Source: Oopsacas minuta
Taxonomy: Eukaryota; Animalia; Porifera
DNA: 64,000 nt
Direction: 5' to 3'
NCBI GenBank assembly: GCA_024704765.1
Contig: JAKMXF010000255.1
Location: 62,001-126,000 of the forward strand
Part shown: one piece after another, positions 57,567 through 64,000 of the stretch
How the letters are laid out: each line of letters begins with the position of its first letter
Position numbering within the stretch: position 1 is the first letter of the stretch
Translations under genes and position numbers: made by a program
The notes under the pieces: model-generated
What the model was told of the DNA's origin: nothing
The model's input: only the letters and a program-made list of their open reading frames with translations
Database searches by the model: none

Positions 57567-60230
57567 ATGCATCGAGATTCCAAAATAAATTTGTTGCAAG
57601 ATCGGAGAGTTTCCAGCATTCAAGGTGAGCTCAAGATGAAATCTCGAGTGAGTTCCTTGAAGAGTGAAACTGGATGTGAAGAAAAGGAGGGACACAGAAA
57701 ATCTTACGTACAAGAGGAAATAACCGCGGGTGATCAAGAGAAAAATTTATTGCTTTTCTCAAAAGAGCTTTCCAAATATCTGAATATTCCACAAGATGCC
57801 AAGAACTCTGATTTGAATTTACGATCCTCGGAAGCGGAGGGTGGCTCAGGATCTTTGGAAAATCGCGAAAAGGAAATATTTATTACACATCTAAGGAAAA
57901 TAAACCCGGGTCTATTCTTTGGGAATATATTCGTAGATGGTCTGTTTCATCTTGTGAATGAGGAAGTAGCATTCAAGTTTATGGGAGTTAAGAAACCCAC
58001 TCTTGACCTGACAAACATTATATCTTGTTGCACGAACAAGTCAGTCCTTGAGTACTTTTGGGCTACACCAGATTACGAGGAGGACTACAACACATACAAA
58101 TTTGTGTCTAGTTCTTTCATGAATTATTTCTACTCAATCAAAGGGAAGACAGGGCTAACTAGGTTCTTTCGGAAGCTAAATTTTAGCCCAGATGGTGTTA
58201 GCAAATTTAGTCACAAAGATAAATCTCTAATCGATCTAGAAATATCTTGGAAGAAGTTTGCACAAGCTGGAATATCTGCTGAATACAACTACAGTTTGTA
58301 CAAATTCATCTGGCGTTTATTTCGTTACAATCTAATACAACATTACTTCATTCTATTCGTTATAATATGTCAAGCATTATTAGAAGTTGTAACCATCAGT
58401 TACACACAACATCTGAAAAGCTTGATCATTGATGGTCTCAAAACTTCATCGTTCTTGGTAAGAGAAATTAACATAACCTTCTTTGGAAACTCAAGTACGT
58501 TTCCAGAGCAACAACTCCTAGTAGACAGCACAATCATAGAAACATTTACCGATGGAGGAATGCTAATTGCTATCAACACCGCACTCGTACTTATCCTCCC
58601 TGTAGCTGGAATATTTGAAGGATTGCTTGGTATGCTAGTCGGTAAGAAACTGAGAATGGCCATACAGAAACGTATCTTAGAATTAACAGTGCCAGAGTAT
58701 AACACAGTGTCTACAACATTTGTAATAGTCGCGTTCAAGCAAGACGTGAACAACATTGAATACGTCGTGGTTAATACTCTCGGAATGTTTGCTCGCTTTT
58801 TGGGATTTCTTTCAATAGCATATATCAACGGATTTATAGTGCATTTCTCATATCCAATATACTTTACAATAAGTGCAATAGTAATGAACTTAATCATGGC
58901 ATACTTCAGTCATCTCAGCAAAAAGGCTCTGTTCAAAAACTCATTAATACAGGGACAGATTAAAGAGCTTTTAGTTGAGAATTACGAAGGTTTGAGCACA
59001 ATACAGTGCTACAACATACAATCGTATTGGATGGAAAGATACGATCGATTGGTAACCATTACCAAACAATTCAAGCATAAATGGCAAGAACTTTTCTTCA
59101 CAAACATGATCCGTTCATTCTACCGATCACTAGCTGGTATAAATACTGTACTCAGCTACTATATGTTTGGTATCCTCACGATATACGTAGACATCGGATT
59201 TGATGAAGTCTACAGAACGTATATACTGTTTATAATGGTAATACTGCGTATCTCACATATCATGAACGATATGCATTCAGTGTATACAGCAGCACTCTCT
59301 CTAGGCAGACTCGACAGTTTGAAACTTGGATTGAACAAGAAAGAAACTGCTAAAGAGAAGGAAGATCAAAATATAACTGTAATTGAAAACACGATAGTAT
59401 TTCCTAGGAGTAAAAGTGGATGTAGCATATGCAGTATGCAATCAACAGGCTCTATCGATGCATCCATGGTCCCTACACCTAACATTGTATTAAAGAATGT
59501 ATCATTAACATTTTCTATGACAGCTGCATACTGGAGTGCTTACAACATTAACATGCTTATCCCATACAGAAGTAGGATAGCATTGGTAGGCCAGAGCGGA
59601 TCAGGCAAGACAACACTATTGAATATAATCACAGGCATGATGTGTCCTACCCAAGGAATCATACTGGTTAATGACAAGCCTCTTGCTGAATACCATTCAC
59701 TACACAAACTGTATGGTGTAGTACATCAATTCAGTCATATATTCAACTTGTCTATTATGGATAACATTAAGCTATCTCGGTCAAGTGCGACTGACATTGA
59801 AGTGATTGAAGTAGCGAAGAAATGTGTTATACACGATTGGGTTATGAAACTACCACGTAAATATGATACAATCATAGAGAAAGGAGCAAAGAATATCAGT
59901 GGCGGACAATTGCAGAGGTTAGCCATTGCAAGAATGTTATTATATAAACCTAAAGTTATCGTCGTAGATGAGTGCACTAGTCATTTAGACCACAACACTG
60001 CTAAACAGATCAATAATACTCTATTCAAGTTCACTCGTGGTAGAACTCTTATATACTCTACGAATATTCTAGAACGAATGGAGGACTTTGATAGAATCTA
60101 TGTGATAGAGCATGGGGCTATCAGAGAGTCAGGTAATCATGGTGAGTTGTTAAGCAAACGTGATAGTGCATACTCCAGACTATACGGGAAATTTGAGATG
60201 GCGAGGATGGAACCAAATTATCTTAGTTAG
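57567..60230 (+). CDS. ABCB-like half transporter (TMD + NBD) with a ~240-aa N-terminal extension, intronless
   Basis: Hydrophobic TMD; Walker A GQSGSGKTT, Q-loop VHQ, signature ISGGQLQRLAIAR, Walker B VIVVDE, D-loop SHLD; no His at the H-switch (YSTNIL). Confidence 0.88.
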   Translation: MHRDSKINLLQDRRVSSIQGELKMKSRVSSLKSETGCEEKEGHRKSYVQEEITAGDQEKNLLLFSKELSKYLNIPQDAKNSDLNLRSSEAEGGSGSLENREKEIFITHLRKINPGLFFGNIFVDGLFHLVNEEVAFKFMGVKKPTLDLTNIISCCTNKSVLEYFWATPDYEEDYNTYKFVSSSFMNYFYSIKGKTGLTRFFRKLNFSPDGVSKFSHKDKSLIDLEISWKKFAQAGISAEYNYSLYKFIWRLFRYNLIQHYFILFVIICQALLEVVTISYTQHLKSLIIDGLKTSSFLVREINITFFGNSSTFPEQQLLVDSTIIETFTDGGMLIAINTALVLILPVAGIFEGLLGMLVGKKLRMAIQKRILELTVPEYNTVSTTFVIVAFKQDVNNIEYVVVNTLGMFARFLGFLSIAYINGFIVHFSYPIYFTISAIVMNLIMAYFSHLSKKALFKNSLIQGQIKELLVENYEGLSTIQCYNIQSYWMERYDRLVTITKQFKHKWQELFFTNMIRSFYRSLAGINTVLSYYMFGILTIYVDIGFDEVYRTYILFIMVILRISHIMNDMHSVYTAALSLGRLDSLKLGLNKKETAKEKEDQNITVIENTIVFPRSKSGCSICSMQSTGSIDASMVPTPNIVLKNVSLTFSMTAAYWSAYNINMLIPYRSRIALVGQSGSGKTTLLNIITGMMCPTQGIILVNDKPLAEYHSLHKLYGVVHQFSHIFNLSIMDNIKLSRSSATDIEVIEVAKKCVIHDWVMKLPRKYDTIIEKGAKNISGGQLQRLAIARMLLYKPKVIVVDECTSHLDHNTAKQINNTLFKFTRGRTLIYSTNILERMEDFDRIYVIEHGAIRESGNHGELLSKRDSAYSRLYGKFEMARMEPNYLS

Positions 60231-60708
60231 TAAATAATGTTTTGTTTGAACGAGTAATGAATCTATTTATGTGAAAGATTGTTGATAACTAAAGTTAATC
60301 TCATTGTTAACTATTCTGTTAATTGCTGGTACATACATGATACATCCGAGCTTATACGCAAGCATTATTGTAGACAATTCTCAGAGTTTAGTGATTGCCC
60401 AGAAATATACGCTAATTCTATGATCCTTGGCTTATTCAAACGGATATACTAATATAATTGGATTATTACAAATGCTTCGTATATTTTAAGGCTAAAATGT
60501 AAACTGCCAATCAACCCTCCTATGTAAACCCTTTCAAATGAAAGTAGAACAAATTTAGTGAAGTGGCTGGTTAGTGATTTTCCCCGACCAGATAGATGCA
60601 CACGTATTATCTTGGATATATTATTGGATATAATTGCGAGAGCAAAAGTAATGAATAAATATATTTAACAATTATACCCATGAATAGTATTAATTATGAA
60701 CATTTGGA

Positions 60709-61047
60709 TTATGATTTGTTCTTTGCAAAGTGATCCCTTAATTTATGTTCATTAGCTCCAATCAATTGGTCTAATTTTGCTCCTTTTACGTAGAAGTAAA
60801 ATGTAGGAATCTGTGACACACCTAGGCTATCAGCAAGCTCTGAGGCTTTGTTAGTATTCAGTCTTAGAAATACACAATCTGTATTTTCATTTGCTAGCTC
60901 CTCGTAGAACGGTGCAATGAAAAGGGATGGCCCACACCAGTGAGCGTAGAACATCAGTACGACCAGTTTATCTCCAGATTCATTTAAATATTTGTCAAGT
61001 TCTTCTTGTGATCCTATATGCTGGATGCCTTCACTCGCTTCACTCAT
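60709..61047 (-). CDS. Thioredoxin-like protein with a CxxS (WCGPS) site
   Basis: FYAHWCGPSLF (codon TCC), cis-Pro IPT; ATG at 61047. Confidence 0.88.
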   Translation of the reverse strand: MSEASEGIQHIGSQEELDKYLNESGDKLVVLMFYAHWCGPSLFIAPFYEELANENTDCVFLRLNTNKASELADSLGVSQIPTFYFYVKGAKLDQLIGANEHKLRDHFAKNKS

Positions 61048-63251
61048 GCTAACAGACAATTCGTGACATAATTATTAGACAATGTAGATTACCTTTCTTC
61101 TGCGAATAACCAGTAGATAATACCGATACAATCACCAAACGAAATTTACCTACAATTTTATCTTAGAATTCCCGAAGAGAGAATGATTCATGTAATAATA
61201 TTAAAATTCAACATATTTACATCAATTACAGATATGCGCGGTTGCATAATCGAAACATTTTACAGTAATATTGTGTAATATCTAATAAATATTATAATTC
61301 GTGTAATGTTCTAATTAAATTACAATAAAGGTAGGTTTATTATTTAAATTTACATATTTGAAGTGGTTCTTGGTTCAAGTTATAATTACCAATCTACTAC
61401 ACAGCCGCACGACATATGCAAATATTATTTATTAAAAGCAAGAGGTTACACTAGCTTAAATTTGAATGAAGATAGGTTAAGACAACCTATCGAGGAGGTC
61501 CTTACAAATCTATGATATGCCTTATTTCTGATCAAAAATTTGTAATTCCAACGAATTGCAGGTTCAAGTGCTTGAATATTAATTAATAAAATGGGAGTTA
61601 CTGCATGTATTAGCTATCTTTTATTATTTCTATCTGGAGTATGTCACAAGAGTGGAGTAACTAAATTTAATAATTAAGTAATTATAAACCAAAAACACAC
61701 GTACGCATCTCGTAAGTAATTGTAAGTTGTAATATTAATTAAATTATAAAAAAGCTCTGGCATACACAATTTGGATAGCACCTGATAATAAAGAAACCAG
61801 AAACGCCCGTGAATTGAAATAAATATATATAATTCTTTACTTCTAACGAACACAATACTGTTCACATAATTATCTGGACAGATATACACTATCAAATAAG
61901 ATTATGTTACAAAATGGGCGGCTATAGGTAAGAGGTATATTAAACAAATATTTGATAATATTGAGATAATGAAAGACAACCCATTTGAATGTATTATAAT
62001 TTCTACAAATAATTCTATGAGGATTAACCTTAGGAATACAATAATATTCAAATTGTACATAAAAATACAAAAGAATCTCTCAATAATGATTTGAATTATC
62101 AGTCATACACTGTAACATAGTTTATTAGTGTAATTATTATTAGTACAGCTTAATACAGTAATTACCTTCGTAACGAACGATAATCCTTGAGCTTCGGAAG
62201 ATTAAATAAGGATTGTTTGTATTCATTTATCAGTTGTTAGTAACTTGGAATTATTACAGAGATTAATTGATGAGGAAGAAACATAGAAATTCCATCGCAA
62301 TAAACATATTGCAGATAACCAATATGAAGCTTTGTATTGTCTTCTAATTCTCAATACCAATGCAATGAAATAAGAGTTAAGCTAGTATCAATGTAGATAG
62401 AAAACTGAAGGAAAATGCCGAGAAATAATGGAATTAGAGAATTGGCTCAGAATATCGCTGTCCATTAACTAAATATTAAAATGCCAGATATTTCCTCAAG
62501 AGATCTTTGTTACTTAATTCCTCTGAGAATATTAGCTTAATGTTTCAGTGGAAAAGGCTTGTCAATAATATTTTATTTGTAATAAGTTAGATTAATATGA
62601 CAAATAGTATTAAAGTTATGAATAATAACATATTGATAGAAATCAACATGTCCTATTACGGTCATAAAATTATAATCAACCAAAAGGTAGAATTGCCCAA
62701 TTTTGAATTAAATTATATCGTGGGTAGCAATAGACAGTAGAGGAATGAGATTTTAGGCGAAAGTAGGCAAATGATAACTCTAATCTAATTATCATGAACA
62801 TTGAAGTTTATGCGAAACGTAATTGAATGTTTAATATCAAATTAATGATGATAAATAATTATTGATAAATACAAGTATGCCAGCAGCTGGGCTGGAGAAA
62901 TCGCCTAAAAATCACTAGTACTGAAATTCAGGCCACTTTAACCGCCGATTTAAATAATGGCTATGGAATTTGAGTATAGGAAGTTAATTAATGGTGCTTA
63001 ATATAACAGATATTATAAGAAATAGATGATACGTCCAGAGTTCAAATTCTGGATTTAGATCCTAGAAGGATTAGCTTTCATTGAATGAGGTTATAACTAG
63101 CTAGACCAAATACACCGTTGCAAATAGTAGGAAATTAGATCCCATCGATAGCATCGTGAATATTGAAATACAAGTTTAATAAAGTGAATATCAAAAAAAA
63201 ATGATACAAAAGATAATAAAATTATAAGATGATGAGAAAAATAATATTGTG

Positions 63252-63572
63252 TTAAAATAAGTACTCTTTGAGCCTTGCCTCTAATATCTCCGTATTACTA
63301 GCCACTAGATGTTCCAACTTTAGGCTGTTACGGATGAACACAAAACTAGGCATGGATTGAATGTTATACGCCTTAACAATATTTGTTGATTTATCCACAT
63401 CAACTCTCAGGAAAATTACGTTCTCATGTTCAGTAGCTAACCTCTCTAACACAGGATTCATCATGCTACAAGGACCACACCAATGTGCGAAAAAGTCAAC
63501 GAGAATTAGATCTTCCGTGCCCTTGATAATCTGTTCAAGTTCTTCAAGAGTTTCTATGTCTGTTATAGGCAT
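63252..63572 (-). CDS. Thioredoxin (canonical WCGPC)
   Basis: VDFFAHWCGPC, FLRVDVD, MPSF. Confidence 0.92.
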   Translation of the reverse strand: MPITDIETLEELEQIIKGTEDLILVDFFAHWCGPCSMMNPVLERLATEHENVIFLRVDVDKSTNIVKAYNIQSMPSFVFIRNSLKLEHLVASNTEILEARLKEYLF

Positions 63573-64000
63573 ACTGAATTATTTCTAAAATATCGTAAAA
63601 GAAATATTCTTATTCGATTAGTGGTAATAGAAAATATACTAAATCACATCAAGAAGTTCAACAATTCATGAGTGTCGTTAAATCATATTACACTTTAATA
63701 TATTAAGTAAAAGCTTAGTAACAATAAGAATTCCACCAAACGTATTTGTTATATTCATCAGCTGAGCTGTCTAGCCATATGGACACTATTTATCGCAATC
63801 TCGAGGGTATACACAAAACCATTAGATTTCTACTATCATCCCAGAGAATATGCAACTTCATAGACAATAGTCCTTTTAAGTGAGAGCCAATCAAATCGCC
63901 CTCTAATCTCCTCCAACCAATTAAATATGCATTAAAATTGAATTGTCGCTATAATTAAATCAGCTTGGATGCCACAATTAATTGAATCGCCACAAGAAGC

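Noticed and set aside
25296-59977. Numerous 60-165-aa ORFs antisense to or out of frame within VPS54, AAMP, HAO, the LOTUS gene, CEP192, SURF1, NT5DC1 and the ABC gene
   Set aside because: No motifs; explained as shadow ORFs of long coding exons.
62230-62560. Coding-like purine-rich stretch between thioredoxins 3 and 4
   Set aside because: Interrupted by stops with no recognisable homology; may be a relic but is unsupported.
1-64000. CRISPR arrays, operons, rRNA, prokaryotic defence systems
   Set aside because: The sequence is eukaryotic with spliceosomal introns; there are no regularly spaced repeat-spacer arrays or rRNA motifs.

Overview
AT-rich, very gene-dense eukaryotic (animal) genomic DNA with short GT-AG introns, about 30 protein-coding genes and many TA-flanked Tc1/mariner-pogo-type MITEs. 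The compactness and the coiled-coil/NHL gene family suggest a sponge, plausibly a glass sponge such as Oopsacas (inference, not verified). Recognisable genes, by motif recall only: PHF12, UQCR11, a divergent actin plus an inverted deleted copy, RSRC2, C20orf96-like, a UTX/KDM6A TPR-only protein, EEF1B, ARHGAP11, a TRIM, MED19, VPS54, AAMP, HAO, a LOTUS protein, MOG1/RANGRF, a C2H2 zinc-finger gene, CEP192, two SURF1, OTUD6B, YRDC, DGAT1, NT5DC1, four thioredoxins and an ABCB-like half transporter. Main findings: (1) a ~1077-aa protein with three TDRD5/7-type LOTUS domains fused to two degenerate eIF4A-like DEAD-box domains; (2) a RING-B-box-coiled-coil-FN3 TRIM ending in an ALK/LTK-type glycine-rich domain; (3) two intronless coiled-coil/NHL paralogues, each inside a housekeeping-gene intron, with near-identical 5' ends and diverged propellers; (4) all four modelled introns >1 kb contain a nested gene; (5) a thioredoxin array with a CxxS variant surrounding an atypical ABC transporter. 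Gene models were spliced by eye and no database searches were run. No rRNA, tRNA or CRISPR was seen.
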